From positions 6,637,612-6,701,611 of the forward strand of contig NC_057749.1 of the NCBI RefSeq assembly GCF_004010195.1: a stretch of 64,000 nucleotides of DNA. Direction: 5' to 3'. The notes beneath the pieces are model-generated. The model made no database searches. It saw only the letters and a program-made list of their open reading frames with translations, and had not been told where the DNA came from. The position numbers were made by a program, and so were the translations under genes. Each line of letters begins with the position of its first letter. The first letter of the stretch is position 1. This document shows, in pieces, positions 1-14,000 of this stretch. Source of the stretch: Chiloscyllium plagiosum (Eukaryota).

Positions 1-390
1 TGTTTTCCCTGGAGCGTCGGAGGCTGAGGGGTGACCTTATAGAGGTTTACAAAATTATGAGGGGCATGGATAGGATAAATAGGCAACGTCTTTTCCCTGG
101 GGTTGGGGAGTCCAGAACTAGAGGGCATAGGTTTAGGGTGAGAGGGGCAACTTTTTCACACAGAAGGTGGTACATGTATGGAATGAGCTGCCAGAGGATG
201 TGGTGGAGGCTGGTACAATTGCAACATTTAAGAGGCATTTGGATAGGTATATGAATAGGAAGTGTTTGGAGGGATATGGGCCAGGTGCTGGCAGGTGGGA
301 CTAGATTGGGTTGGGATATCTGGTCGGCATGGATGGGTTGGACCGAAGGGTCTGTTTCCATGCTGTACATCTCTATGACTCTATGACTCT
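1..390 (+). mobile_element. CR1-type LINE 3' end (HER1-like)
   Basis: RT C-terminal remnant ([18 protein letters not shown]...RTRGH), 3' UTR ggaccgaagggtctgtttccatgctgta and (ctatgact)n tail. Confidence 0.85.
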
Positions 391-1089
391 GAGACTCCTC
401 AGAACTTGACTTGGGGCTGGTGGTTACAGAGGCTGCACAGAAGGCCAGGCTCATGGGATTGAGGAGAAAGGTTTGGAATCCAAGCCAGAAGAATTTTGCA
501 GAGTCAACTGACTTCAGGCCTTGAAAGGATTCATTTGAAATTGTATTTCCTTGTTAAGCATACTAGAACTACGAGAAGTTGGCATGGATGGGGTTGGGGA
601 GTTGTTGGATTTGATGTGGAATTAAGTGAGTAGTCCTAAAGCAACATTAGTTGGGGGCAGCATTTAATTGGGTGAGGAGGTGGTGGGATGGGAGATTCCT
701 GTTTTCCCACCTTTGTCCTTATTAGGTCTGGGGGGTCCTGGTACTGCCAACTGAGCTGCCAGTTAATGCCCAGCATGGGCCTCACCATATTACTTCAGGG
801 ATATACTCAGCAGTGGGCAGACAATTCATCATGCTGGATCAGCGGAAAACAAAGCCTTTTGGGATTGCAGGTGATCTTCGAGGGAATTGCTGCCTCGAAA
901 GTACTTGCCTGATTGCGAGAGCTGGCCCTGGGAAATGGGGTGAAAGCTACCATCCTGCCCTTGTGGCTACACATCGCTACAGCTCGAGCCTCGTAACTCC
1001 TAACTTGCCTTTACCTAGCTTTGGCCTTGACCATTCTCAATCTTGGAATGTACATTACTAGCAGTGGCTCAGTAAGTAGTAGAGGTAAT

Positions 1090-1620
1090 ATGGTGAGGCC
1101 ACAATTGGAGTATTGTGTGCAGTTCTGGTCACCACATCGCAGGCAGGAAATAATTGTTCTGGAGAGAGTGCAGAGATAATTTACTGGCATGTTGCCAGGA
1201 CTGGAGAATTGTAGCTACAAAGAGAGATTGGAGAGGTTGGGGTTGTTTTCCATGGAACAGAGAAGGCTGAGGGGTGACATGGTTGAGGTGTACAATGCTG
1301 TGAGGGGTTGAGATACAGTAGATAGAAGGAGCCTGTTTCCCTTGGCAGAGAGTTCAAAAACCAAGGGTCATAGATTCAAGCTGAGTGGCAGAAAGATTAA
1401 AGGGGAGTTTTTTTAACAGACTGGGTGGTGAGTGACTGGAGTTAGTGGTGGAGGCAGAGACCCTACATTCTTTTTAAAAGGTACCTGGACATTAAGTGCT
1501 GTAAGCTGCAGGGCTATGGGCAGGAAGATGAGATTAGAAAGGGCATCCGCGTGTCATCAGGTCAGCGTGCACAAGAGGGGCTGTATGGTCCTCTCCTGTG
1601 CTGTATCTTTTCTATAGTTT
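1090..1620 (+). mobile_element. Older CR1 LINE 3' fragment
   Basis: Remnants of [13 protein letters not shown] and RRLRGD motifs, degenerate tail. Confidence 0.75.
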
Positions 1621-1897
1621 CTAACCCAATTGCCTAAGAATTGCCTGATGGACATTGACTATAATTGGGAGAAAGACTCTCTTGTTCCTCGGATGCTGCC
1701 TGACCGGCTGTGTGTTTTCAGTGCCACACTATTTGACACTGAATATAACTGGTGAAGTGGGACTCCCACCAGCTCTCTCACAAGCAAAAATGTTACCTGT
1801 TGGCCATTACATATCGCCTTTAGTATGGGATAGGGGCACCCCTTATGCCTTGTTTAATGCTGAGTTCAGGCAATAACAAAGGTTTTGTTTACTCTAG

Positions 1898-2023
1898 GTG
1901 GTGGACCTATTGGTCGCAATGTGTCGAGCTGCTCTGGAGTCTCCAAGGAAGAGCATTATATTTGAGCCTTACCCTTCTGTTGTGGACCCGAGTGATCCCA
2001 AAACCCTTGCGTTCAACCCCAAG
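1898..2023 (+). CDS. PARP6: PARP6 exon A (126 nt): [42 protein letters not shown]
   Basis: Acceptor ttttgtttactctag|GTG, donor AAG|gtgagc; phase 0/0. Confidence 0.95.
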
Positions 2024-5000
2024 GTGAGCTTTTACTAAACAGAAAAGCTTAACGCCAGGCTGGAACCCCATAATTGCTGCTGATCCTATGCAATTGGGTG
2101 AAACCTTCTCATTAATTTCACTTCTGTTTATCCTTCTCTTGCTGTAGGTTGGAGTCTTTAGAATTGTGCCCGTTCCAGAAAGATCTCTTTGATCACTTGT
2201 TTCATTCTGTCAACCCAGCATGTTTTTCTCTATTTCCCACCACTATTGGATTGATGTTGGGGTGGCATGGTGGCTCAGTGGTTCGCTACTGGTCCCTCAC
2301 AGCACCAGGGACCCAGGTTCAAATCCACGTGCGTGTTTACCCTCCGGTTGCTCTAGTTTCCTCCCACAGCCCAAAGATATGCAGGTTACGGTGGGATTGG
2401 CCATGCTAAATTGCCCTTTGGGTCCAAGGATGTGCAGACTAGGTGGACTAGCCATGGGGCTAGTGGAGGGTTACAGGAATAGGGTGGGTGTGGATGGCAT
2501 GTGTCGGTGTGACCTGTTTCCTCACTGTTGGGATTCTATGTTTCTAATTGCAGGTTTGAAGCAGTGTAGAAAAGGGTCATCCCGTTCATTGTAACGGCAC
2601 TGGCTATTCAAATGAGCATTATGACTCAGTGTAATTCTCCAATCTTTCTCCCATAAGCTTACAAATTGTTTCTCTTCAAATCATCATCCAACATTCTCTT
2701 AAGTACCTCAACTTAACCTGCCTCCAGGCAGCGCATCCCAGACTCTAACAACTCACTGAATGAAAAAGTATTTTATCCTCATCACATTTGCTTCCTTGGC
2801 GAATTATTTCAAAGCTGTCCCCTTCTGTTATGAGTAGGAACAGTTTCTCCCTATCTGCTCTGTCCACACCCCTTGTGTTTTTCAAATCTTCCATCAAATC
2901 TCCTCTTAATCTTCTCCTCTCCAATGATAATAATCCCAACTGCTCCAATTTATTCTCATATCTGAAGCTGATAAAGCTGGAACCATTCCTGTAAATCTCC
3001 TGCACTCTCTCTAGTGCGTTTCTACCCTTAATCTAATGTGCCACCCATAACTGTACACAATACTCCAGCCGAGGTCTAATTAGTGTTTTATTAAAGTTCT
3101 GCATAGCCTCCATGTGGCCTAAATATTTAAAAAAAGGACCTTTTTTATAGAACCCAATTTAGTGACAGCAGGTAATTTGGATGGCAAGTAGAATATTGAC
3201 CTTTGTTTCAAGAGGAATGGGGTATAAACGTAAGGAGGACTTGCTATGACGTTCCAGACTTGATGTTGCTGTGTGAGACATTCTCTCCACTGGGTTACGC
3301 TGGCACTGGAGGCAACTCAAAAAAGATTCACCAGATTTATTCCTAGTTTGAAGGTCTCGTATTCTGAAGGAAGGAGGAGCAATTTGAGCCAATACTCATT
3401 TGAGTTTATAAGAATGGAAGGAGGTTTTGTTGAAACATGTAGGTTTCTGAGGGGCATGACAGGATAGATACTGGGAACATGTTTCCCTCTGAAGGAATCT
3501 AGAGTCAGGAGGTACGGTGCAAAAACAAAGGGTGTCATAATTCAGACCACTAGCTATAGGAGCAGCCCATTGAGAGGAGTGGTGCTGGAAAAGCACAGCA
3601 GGTCAGGCAGCATCCGAGGAGCAGCCCGTTGGAGCAGCCTTCACCATTTGATCGTGGGCTGATATGTTTATGGTGATGAGGAGGAATTTCATCTCTGAAG
3701 TTTGTGAATTTTTCAAATTCGCTGTCCAAAGATAACTGTGCAAGCGGAACTATTGAATGTATTCAAGAAAAGACAGACATTTAAATCAGGTGCAAGGTTT
3801 ACAAGCAACAAGTTAGTAAGTGGAGTTAAGATCACAATCTGATTGGCTATGGTCTTATTGATGGCAGATCAGGCTTGAAAGGCTATTCCTGCTCCTAACT
3901 TTTCCATTCTAGGTTTTCCAAGAGTTGGCTTTTCAATAAGGCGTAGCTTTAAATTATACAATTAAACTATAAAATATGGCACTTTAATACATTCCTGAAA
4001 AAAGACAGATTTTGTTAAAGCATCTCACCGAGAGAAGAGGCAACATATAGGGAAACATTACTACTGAATGAGAAGAGTGTTCGTATGGTTGGCAAGTGGA
4101 CCTTGATGGGCAGAGGCAAGTGTGGTGTTGGAAAGGCACAACAGATCAGGCAGTATCTGAGGAGCAGGAGAATTGACGTTTTGGGCAAAAAGCCCTTCAT
4201 CATGCCAGCCTGCTTTTCCAGAACCACACTCTCGACTCTGATCTCCAGCATCTGCAGTCCTCACTTTCTCCTTTGTTGGGCAAATGTGTCGCCACAGAGA
4301 ATGAGCAGGCCTAAGGTCATGCTTGTTCCTGAAAAGTGCCCATCTACTTCAGAGTGGAAGACTGAGGTATCTCAAAGATTGAACAACAGGTAAAGCTAGC
4401 TGTTTCTGTGCTAGCTATGCAATAGCAACACCATGTCATGTTGGTCACTAACAGGAATGCCACCATCAAGCTAAAGAGACACACTACTCATCACACAAAT
4501 AAATACTGTGGTAGATGAATGTCAATCTCAGTGTGATGCCAGTGGGTCAGTTTTTGTAATTTGGAAGGACTGGTGGATAATAGCCCTTTTTGCTGTTTGT
4601 AACAAGCAGGGTACTGACCATCTCCCACTAGCCTATGCTTGCAGAAATCAAAACACAGTGTCCAACATTAAACGTGCTAAGAATTTAGGTTTGTTGGTTG
4701 GGTTTACAGCATGACTTACCTCCACATACCTAGATACACTAATATAATTGGCCCTATTCTTCACACTCAGAAAGAACAAGACCACATGCTGCACTTGTTT
4801 CAGATGAACTCATCAAGTGATAACCATGCACTGTGTCATTCCTCAGGGGGATGAGTAAATCTGCCTGGTTTAACATTTGAACAAACATCGGCAGTTAATT
4901 GTCAGTCATCATGTAACCAGTGCTTTCGACATAACAATGCCCCTCTCAATCAGAGCCGGCCAATCAGCAGCGGCTTCTTGAATGGTGATTTCCCATTACA

Positions 5001-8000
5001 ATTGGATTTCTTATGACTTCTCCTGATGAATGAAAAACATCGCGTTTTAGACAAAGCGCTGTATTATCAAAGAAACATTTTAATGTATTGTTTTGTTTCA
5101 TTTTTATCCAGTTATTTAAAAGATATTTTTAACCTTCAACCTAGGTACTTTTGTATAAACTCTCCTGCCAGTTACTCACAGCCACACTGTAATGGGAAAT
5201 CACCATACAAAAATAATCTGCAGATTGATTGGCTCTGATTGATAGGGGCATTGCTATGTTGAATGCACCAGTTTATGATGGCTGACAGTTAACTGCCAAT
5301 CTTTGTTCAAATGTTAACTAAGCACTTGTGACTTTATTAATATTAATTCTTTGTTCAATTTATAAGTCACCATTTCAGAGTTTTTATTTAGCAATCAACA
5401 GGCATTTTTGTTGATAACTTCTTCATTTGGACCTTCGGTAAATATGGACAAAGCTCTAGTGAATCCATAACTTAGTGTGATAAGTTGGAAGAATTATATA
5501 TAAGATTATTTAAATGTTTAGAGATGATCACTGAAGAGTTTCATGAGGTAATGTGTCTTTCTGAACTTTGACCTCCAAACCTTGTTTTCTTTAAGGGTTG
5601 GTTAGCTCAGTGGGTTGGATGGCTGGCATTGAAATGCAGTTCATACCAACAGCATGGGTTCAATTCCTGCACTGGCTGAGGTTACAATGAAAGGCTCTTC
5701 TTTGTAACCTCTCCCTTTCTTTGAGATATGGTGACTCTCAGTTTAAGGCACCACCAGTTGTCTCTCTCTATTGAGAGAGTGGTCTGGTGAGGCTATGGCA
5801 ACTCTACCTTAATGTTTCCTGTTAATGTATCAATTATATGTTCAATTTGCACCTCTCAACTGCTTGGACTTTAACTGTGAGACTTTGCCAAGGCAATTTC
5901 GGCCTCAGCTTTGTTAATGTTGGCAGCTTGAAGATGTTGTGAGTTGCTGTCATAACCGCACTATTATCCACACCATGAACTGTATCTCACTATTTTCCTA
6001 TTGCCCACTTACAGAAGAAGAACTACGAGAGGCTACAGAAAGCATTGGATAGCGTAATGTCCATCAGAGAAATGACACAGGTAGGTCAACAATGCTCATT
6101 TTCTGTGTCTACGCTCTATCTTGTTATAGTTTCTTCCTTGCAAGTATTAGATATTTACCAAATAAAATGAAACACAATGAAAATGGATCCTATACTAGTC
6201 AGTGGGACAGAACTTTAATGTGGATTAGAGCTATAATCATTGAAACCTACAAAATATTTAAAGCTATAGACATGGTTGATGTAAATAAGATGTCACCCCT
6301 GGTTGGGCAGTCTCAAGGTAAGGGCTGCAGTTTAAAAGTAAAAGTGATGACTCTGAGATCTGAGATTCCAATTTGTCCAAAGATTAATTCCTGAGATAAA
6401 AGGCTTGTCATCTGAGGAGGGAATGAGCAGTTGAGGCTAATACTCGTGAACGTTCAGAAGGATGAGCGGAGATTTGGATGGAGGTGGACAGGCTGCAAAA
6501 GGAGGTGTACAGATTGACAACGTAGCATGGCATGGGTGTTACCCCTTGTGGAGCAATCTAGAACAAGTGGTCATCGTTTTCGACTGAGGGTGGCAGATTT
6601 AAAACTGAGATGACAAGAAACTATTTCTTTTAAAGGGCTTTGGAACTGTGGCTTTTAATACCCAGAGACAATTTAAGTGGGAGATAGACAGATTTTTAGT
6701 GAGTAACAGGTTCAAGGGCATGGAAGGTGGGCAGGAGAGTGGAGTTGAGACCAAGATGGGATAAGTCATGATTGTATTGAATGCTGAAACAATATCAAGG
6801 GCCTGAATTGCCTACTCTTGCTCCTCGTCCTTATGAAATGAGGAGAAATTATTTTACTCAGAAGTTTGTGAACCTTTGCGATTCTGTGTCACTGAGGGCT
6901 GTGGAGACTCAGTCTTTGAGTAATTTTAAGATGGAGATTAATAGATTTTGGTACAGAGTGGTGTGCAGAGCTATTGGGATGGGGTGATTAAAAGGCATTG
7001 AAGTGTTCTATTGACCATGATCGTACAGAATGGCAGGGCAGCTGAATGGACTACACCTGTTCCTATATCCTGTCGCTTTGGAAACCTTAGACTTTTCATT
7101 AACATTGGTTTCACTCACAGCTTGTATTGTTTTTAAATTGGATGGCAAGTCAGAAATTAAGTTGAAATGTCTAGTTGTTCTTGGAACAATCAATACCATT
7201 CATTCTCTTCTCGGTAAAATCTCGACCTGCCAATCAAGCAAGCCACTTTATCCTGGATGGTGCCGAGCATCTTGAGTATTGTTGGAGCTGTGGCCATCCA
7301 GGCAAGTGGGGAATATCCCAACATACTCTTGACTTGCGCTTTGCAGATGGTGGACAGGCTTTGGGGCAATCAAGAGGTGAATTACCCGCTGAGGGTTTTT
7401 GGATCTTTCTTGAACAGTAAAGCCCAGAATCCCCATTGGAATAAAGATATTGATGAGAAGATCATTTATGGCCCATCCCTAATTACCTTTGAGTTAAGCG
7501 ACTAGTTAGGCAACTTTGGAGGACAGTTAAAAGTTGACTACAATGCCTGTGGATCTGGAATTGCAAGTGGGCCTGATCAGGTAAGGATGGCTGATTTCCA
7601 ATCCTAAAGGGCATTAACAAACCAGATGGGTTACATCAAAAATCAGTGAGAGTTTCATGGGTATCATTACCGAGAGTAGTTTTCAAATAATCACAGAATC
7701 CCTACAGCTTGGAAGTAGGTTATTCGGCCCATCAAGTCCACATTGACCTTCCAAAGAGCATCCCACGCAAATCCTGTCCCATAACCCTACATCTCCCATG
7801 CCTACACATCCCTGGACGCTATGGGGTAATGTAGCATGGCCAATCCACCTAACCTGCACATCTATGTACTATCAGAGATAACAGGAGCACCCAGAGGAAA
7901 CCCACGCAGACACAGGGAGAATGTGTATACTCCTCCCAGACAGTTGCCTGAGGCTGGAATTGAACCCAGGTCCCTGGTACTATGAGGCAACAATGTTAAC

Positions 8001-11000
8001 CACTGAGCCACTGTGCCACTCTTAATAGCTATTAATTGAATTTAAATTTCATCATTTCTTGTGGTCAGGTTTGAACCTACATTCCCAGAGCAATAGCTTC
8101 AGCCTTTGTATTGTTAACCCAATGACATCATCGCTACTTCAGCTTTGTTCCCCAGCAACGTTCCCATGCACTGGCTCGTGGACATGGTCCCAAAATCACT
8201 GGTTACAAATTACTTAATTCTCATGTAATGCTATCATGATTTTTATTATGTAATCACTACAAACCATTAGCTCTGCCTGCAGACTTCCAAACTAATACAA
8301 GAACACTTTTGCTGTTAGTTTGCTGAATAACCTCCAATTACCAGATTTGTGGGCCCTTTGTTAATACAAAATTCGGGAAACAAAAATATTTGGCTCCGAA
8401 TTGACTGTCATTCAGGACTGACTTATTTATTTGATGAGTATTTTGCTGGATTTGGCTGACTAGATATTCTACATTAATCTAATCTTATTTGCCAGCATTT
8501 GCCCCATATCCATCAAAACCCTTCCTATTCATTTACCATCCAAATGCCTTTTAAATGTTGTATTTGTACCAGCCTCCACCACTTCCTCTGGCAGCACATT
8601 CCATACACACACCACCTTCTGCCTGAAGAAGTTGCTCCTTAGGTCCTTTTTAAATCTTGCCCCTCTCATCTCAAACTCCCCCTACCTTGGGAAAAGAAAA
8701 TCTTGGCTGTTCACCCTGTCAATGCCCCTCATGATTTTATAAGGTCATGCCTCAGCATCCGACAGTCCAGGGAAAATAGCCCCAGCTTATTCAGCCTTTC
8801 CCTATATCTCAAACCATCCAACCCTGGCAACATTCTTGTCAATCTTTTCTGAACCCTTTCAAGTTTAGCAACATCATTCCTGTAGCAGGGAGACCAGAAT
8901 TGAACACAGTAATTCAAAAGTGGCCTAACCAATGTTAGAGCCGCAACATGACCTCCTGTACTCAATGCATTGACCAAGAAAGGCAAGCATACCAAACGCC
9001 TTCTTCACTACCCTCTCTACCTGCGGCTCCCCTTTCAAGGAACTATGAACGTGCACTTCAAGATCTTGTTCAGTAAAGTCCTCTTAGAAACATGCATTTC
9101 AAGTAAATTACACAGTACTGCCCCATTATCTGCATATCTGAAGGTGTTTCAGTTGATTTGAATGAGCTTCATGAAGAGGACCCTTTGAAAACTAAGCTTT
9201 TTGCGAAGCTTTGCTTGCCTCTTGCCTGAGAGACAGAGTAAGACATATCGCTGTCAGGAAACACCCACACATCTGAGATTTACAATATCTGGAAATGCTT
9301 GAATCTTGGTTAAAGGTCTACTTGAATGATTGGTGATTGTTAGCAAAATTAAGGCAGACATCTGCAGCTTTTAACAGCTCTACAGAAGGAGCAGACACTG
9401 TCAAATTAAATAAGTGAAGGAGGAGGAACAAAACCTGTGAAGCAGTGAGAAGTGTTAAAATAGCTGACAAGAAAACTTAAAGAGTGGCTGTGAGACATGA
9501 AGTGTGTAGTAGCCAACTTTATGTATCTTTCTGCACCTCTTGTCAGTTAAGTACTGATGAGAGGGTAATGGGGAAACCTGAAACTCGGTCCTCTGACTGT
9601 AAATAGAAGTGGAATATCCTTCAAAGGAGAAAGTGAGGACTGCAGATGCTGGAGATCAGAGCTGAAAATGTGTTGCTGGAAAAGCGCAGCAGGTCAGGCA
9701 GCATCCAAGGAGCAGGAGAATCGACGTTTCGGGCATGAGTCCTTCTTCAGAATACCCTTCAAAGTCCTAATAATTGTATTCTCTTGCACAGTTTTCCCAA
9801 ACTTGCCGCACTGACTGTACACCATGTCCCTGCTGTTCTTCCTCTCTCCACAGGTGGCAGTATTGCCAGGCCCTCACTGATCACTGCGCCATCTTTAAGG
9901 TCCCAGCTGCACAGTTGGCCAAGTGATGGCAGTCCACAGCTGTCCTTCACAGCTTGTTTTGTTTGTCCAGGCCATCAGCCTGGGGGCAATTTGCACCCCT
10001 GCTTCGTCACTTGGTCCTGCTGGGTGGGGAGTGTGTGGCGCATATGGCTCCTACTCCTGGAAAGTACCCTGAGATGATGGTGCCTCATGGGTGTTTCAGA
10101 GGAGCGAGTGGTGAGCTGGAGTCACCAGGTTATCTCGCTGCATTACTTTGATGTTGGGAACGTGTCTCCATTCAGTTTCTACTCAGCATCTGGGAGAATG
10201 GGAAGCTGCCTAATGGTGAAGATGTCGATGGACGTAAGACCATGCCTCTGTCTGCTCATTGATGAGAATTGCACCTTACTGGGTTAACGCTTGGTTGGAA
10301 AATAGAGCTTCTTACTCTCGATGGTGGGAGGCTCGGCCAATCTCCCAATTTTCTTCGATGCCTGCACCATTGGTGGCTCAGTGGTTAGCACTGCTGCCTC
10401 ACGGTGCCAGGGACCCAGGTTTGATTCCAGCTTTTGGTGACTGTGTAGAGCTTCTTTCGGGTGTTCCTCCCACAGTCCATAGATGCACAGGTTAGGTGGA
10501 CTGGCCATGCTAAGTTGCCCATAGTGTCCAGGGTTGTGCAGGCTAGGTGGGTCAGCCATGGTAAATGCGGGGTTACAGGAATAAAGTAGGGGGCTTGGGT
10601 GAGATGTTCTTCAGAGGATCGGTGCAACTCGATGGGCCAAATGGCCTCTTTCCACACTGTAGGAATTCTGTGATTCATTCAGGGGCTGGAAAGATTCCAC
10701 CCTAAGCCATTTAAAAACAATCTTTTATTTCAGTATTTCAATGTCAACATTTACTAGTTTCTCCCAGTTTACTTCATGCAAATGATGAAGAGAAACCTCT
10801 CAAACACTGGCTTCCTGGATCTCAACCCAATGCCTGCTGACTCGCGAAGGTGTGCCGAGGGAAAGTGGGTCCTTTCACACCTAAAGGTTTGCCAGCAGCC
10901 TCTATAAATGTTCAATAGGAGAGGACCAATTTTTTTTAGCATGAAAGTAAATGATGTGATTGTACTTCACAGGATCACAGCAGTCTTCTCGAACAGACAA

Positions 11001-14000
11001 ATGTCCTTTGGCCCATCATACCTGCATCCTTTATAGAATCGTATGGTATAGAAGAGGTCCTTTGACACATTGAGTCTGTACTGCCAAAGATTAATGGTAT
11101 GGAAGCAGGCCATTTGGTCCAAACTGACCCTCCAAAGAGCATCCCACTCAGACCCACTCCTCCACCCTATCCATGTAACCCTACATTTCCCACCTCGCTT
11201 GCATATCTCTGGACAATACAGGCAATTTCTCTCGGCCAATCCACCTAACCTGCACATCTTTGGACTGTGGGAGGAAACCAGAACACCCGGAAGAAACCCA
11301 CACAGACACGGGGAGAATGTGCAAACTCCACACAGACAGGTGCCTGAGGCTGGAATCGAACCCAGGTCCCTGATGTTTTGAGGCAGCAATTACTTTTATC
11401 CAAATACTCGTCTAATGCCCTCTTGTATGCTTCAATTTACATCTGTCTTCACCACACTTAAAGCACATGTATAAGCAGAAGAAATTGAAAGCATAAGAAA
11501 GGAGCTGTATATATGTAGAAATTTGCAAATCCTAAAATACAACTCTTTGAAATGTTGTCATTTGTAAATTAACATTACCTTATATAGAAAGCGCAGCAGG
11601 TCCCACAGGCAGTGATGAAGGACTCATTTATGGTGATATCGGTTGAGGACATGTCCCTGTTCATCTTTCATACTGAACAGGTACACACATACGTGCCCTC
11701 GATCACATTGCTTTAACACTGTACCACAACAAAAGTCTTAATCCAGGACCGCAACCGAATTCCATTCCCTGCTGAGTCAGAAATGGGAGTTTCTTATCCT
11801 TCTTCTTTCATTACTGTGTATCTCTCGTGCATTTCAAAGTTCAATTAAGAGTCACCCACATCGCTATATAGAGTCACAAGGAGGCCAGACCTGGTCTGGA
11901 TGGCAGATTTCCTTCCCTAAAGGATAGTGGTGGACCAGATAAGTTTTTACGACAATTGATGCTAGTTCCATGGTCACCATCACTGAAACCGGCCTTCAAT
12001 TCTCAATTGATTAGAACCCATCTCTTGTGAGCATTAACCTGGCCTCTGGATTACTACCCTATGGCATTACCATTACAGCAATGTCTCTCCTAAGTGCGAG
12101 AAAGGTACTAACTTAACCACGATGGCATATGCATAGAAATACACTTGCATTGACTGCTTTGCCAGTCTGATTCCTGGGACGGCAGGACTGAAATAGGAAG
12201 AAGATCAGTAATGATTTTATTCACTGGAGTTCAGAAGAATGATGGGCAATCTTATAGAAGCCGATAAAATTCTATCAGGGCTGGGCAGAGTAAGTGCAGG
12301 AAGGATGTGGCCAGGATGCCCAGAAATACCATCCATGAACACTGGGCAGGCCATTTAGGACTGAGATGAGGCGAAGTTTCTTCACCCAGAGAAATGGGGA
12401 GACTGTGGAATTCTCTGCCACAGAATGCAGTTGAGACAAAAAAAAATCAGGTGCTGGAATCCAAGGTAGACAAGTAGGGGGCTGGAAGAACACAGCAAGC
12501 CAGGCAGCATCAGGAGGTGGACAAGTCAACATTTCAGGTGTAACCCTTCTTTAGAAAGCAGTTGAGGCCAAATTACTGAATGTTTCCAAGAAGGGCTGGA
12601 GGGAGTCAAAGGGTATGAGGAGAATGTGGAACAGATCATCCAACTGAGTTGAATGATCAGCTATGATCATGTTGTATGGGAGAGCAGGCTTGAAGGGTCG
12701 AATGGTCTGCTCCTTCTCCTAATTTCTCTTTACATGACTCAGCCTGCTCCCAGACTTAATCACGGAAGTCAAAGCTAGCACTTCAGTGTAGTACTGAGTG
12801 AGTACTGCATTGTTCTGAGACTTAGGCAAACCAAGACTCTTCCTGTCTGCTTTGGTGGATGTGAAAGGTCCCATTTGCACTTATCTTGAAGGAGAGTGGG
12901 GGAGTTCTCTTTGGTATCCTGGGCAATACCCTCAATCAGCATTGCAAACAAAAGCCAGATTATCTGGTCACTGTCACATTACTGTCTGTAGGAGGTTGCT
13001 GAGTGCAAATTAGCTTCCAATTTCATCCCTTATCTTTCATGCATTATTCCCCACATTACAACAGTGCCTACATTTCGAAGAAAAAGTGCTTCATTGGCTA
13101 GAAAGTACATTGGATATTTTCCTGACCACTGGACGTCTCAATCATGCAAGCCTTACGTTATTTTGTGCAGAAATTTGAATGAAATGAAATGGTCTACTGC
13201 TAATTGCCACATCCTTTTACATAGAATGTAGAAGAGTACAACACAGGAATGAGCCCCTCGGCCCATGATGTTGTGACAAACATAATGCCGAATTAAACTA
13301 ATCCCTTCTGCCTGCCCTTGCTCCATATCCCTCCACTCCTTGTATATTCATGTGCTTATCTAAAAATCCCTTCAATACTCCTGTCATATCTGCCTCCACC
13401 ACCAACTGCCTCCACCAGCGTGTTCCACACTCTCTGTAGAAAACTTGCCCCTCACGTCACCATTGAACTTCCCCCTCTCATCTGAAATGTATGCCCCCTA
13501 GTTTTAGACACTTCAACTCTGGGAAAAAGATTCTGATCGTCAACCCTATTTATACACCTCGTAATTTTATAGATTCCTTTCAAGTGTCCCCTCAGCATCT
13601 ACCGCTCCAGAGAAAACAACCTGAGTTTTTCCAGCATCTTCTTATAAGTCATACCCTCTAACATCTCCTGCACCTCCCCACAGCCTCCACATCCTTCCTG
13701 TAATCTGGTGACAAGAAATGAATGCAATACGCTAAGTGTGGCCTAACCAAAGTCTTATAAAGCTGCAACATGACATCCTGACTCTTGTACTCAATTCCCC
13801 GATCAATAAAGGCAAGCATGCCATGTGCCTTCTTTACCATCCTATCTACTTACATGGCCACTTTCAGGGAGCTATGGACTTGAACCCCAAGAACCCTCTG
13901 TACATCAATGCTGTTTAGGGTCCTGTCAGTAACTGTATACTTTTACTTAATATTTGATCTCCCAAAGTGCAGCACCTCACACTTACTGGGATTAACCTCT

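Noticed and set aside
47..454. 135-aa minus ORF and the many similar 60-150-aa ORFs in the track
   Set aside because: They are antisense or off-frame readings of CR1 tails, HE1 SINEs or Penelope-like repeats; the same peptides recur wherever the repeat recurs.
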